Assembly (NCBI RefSeq): GCF_964194025.1
Contig: NC_134481.1
Coordinates: forward strand, 17,112,001-17,176,000
Length of the DNA: 64,000 nt
Source of the DNA: Convolutriloba macropyga
Taxonomy: Eukaryota
Reading direction: 5' to 3'
Numbering within the stretch: position 1 is the first letter of the stretch; the number at the start of each line of letters is the position of its first letter. A program made the translations under genes and the position numbers. Below, one piece after another: positions 63,601 through 64,000 of the stretch. The notes beneath the pieces were generated by a model. The model saw only the letters and a list, made by a program, of their open reading frames with translations, was not told the DNA's origin and did no database searches.

Positions 63601-64000
63601 TTTGATAGTCTCCGGAGAAGTTCTTGTTTCACATATTTGTCAAGTCTTGACATATCCTGTTCCTTTTTCTGTAACAAAAGTGTGTATTTCTTGGATTTCA
63701 AAAGGAGTTCCAACTAAACAATTGGCCTTTACCAAGTAATATTACAATTCACAGAAATGACGGAATATCGAATGTAAGCAAACCAATTGATATTTTAAAA
63801 CCACTCCATGATAGTAAAAGTATTGGTGAGATAATTGTATCTTTTTAAATTACAGTTTAACAAATAGTACCATAGATTTTCCTTAGCGCCCAAAAACTTC
63901 TTATTGAACAATCTTTTGTGAAAAAATTTACATGATAGAGATACATCTGATTGAGTTGAAATCCTAGAAGATGTTATACTTGTATTTATGAACCATTTTT
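60640..64000. repeat. Diverged higher-order tandem repeat
   Basis: Anchor ctagaggatg recurs at 60872, 61153, 62134 and 63964; block at 60661 matches 63752. Confidence 0.85.

Overview
AT-rich, intron-rich animal (non-vertebrate-looking) genomic DNA with three N gaps (5150-5411, 20992-21132, 56695-56925). Two protein-coding genes were reconstructed by hand. (1) A laminin beta chain gene on the minus strand has 25 phase-compatible exons from 44505 down to 2542 (about 1630 aa: LN, LE repeats, LF/IV-B, 8 LE, coiled coil with beta-knob). Its signal-peptide exon was not confidently found and its C-terminus probably lies left of the window. (2) A 4-exon SLC18B1-like MFS transporter lies on the plus strand (52412-59287, 463 aa). 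Introns and intergenic DNA hold a decayed Ty1/copia element with a Drosophila-copia-type PBS, a truncated BEL/Pao element, a tRNA-derived SINE, Helentron/DINE-1-like elements, Merlin-like and EnSpm-like MITEs, a 1.95-kb palindrome and a higher-order tandem repeat. The most notable observations are a triple-nested set of Helentron-type elements, an apparent GG-AG intron in the transporter, one in-frame TAA in an otherwise intact laminin gene, a paired loss of an LE disulfide, a 268-bp identical tract inside a diverged palindrome, and two MITEs inserted at the same 8-bp target. No prokaryotic-type system was found. All homology statements come from recalled family motifs, not from database searches.
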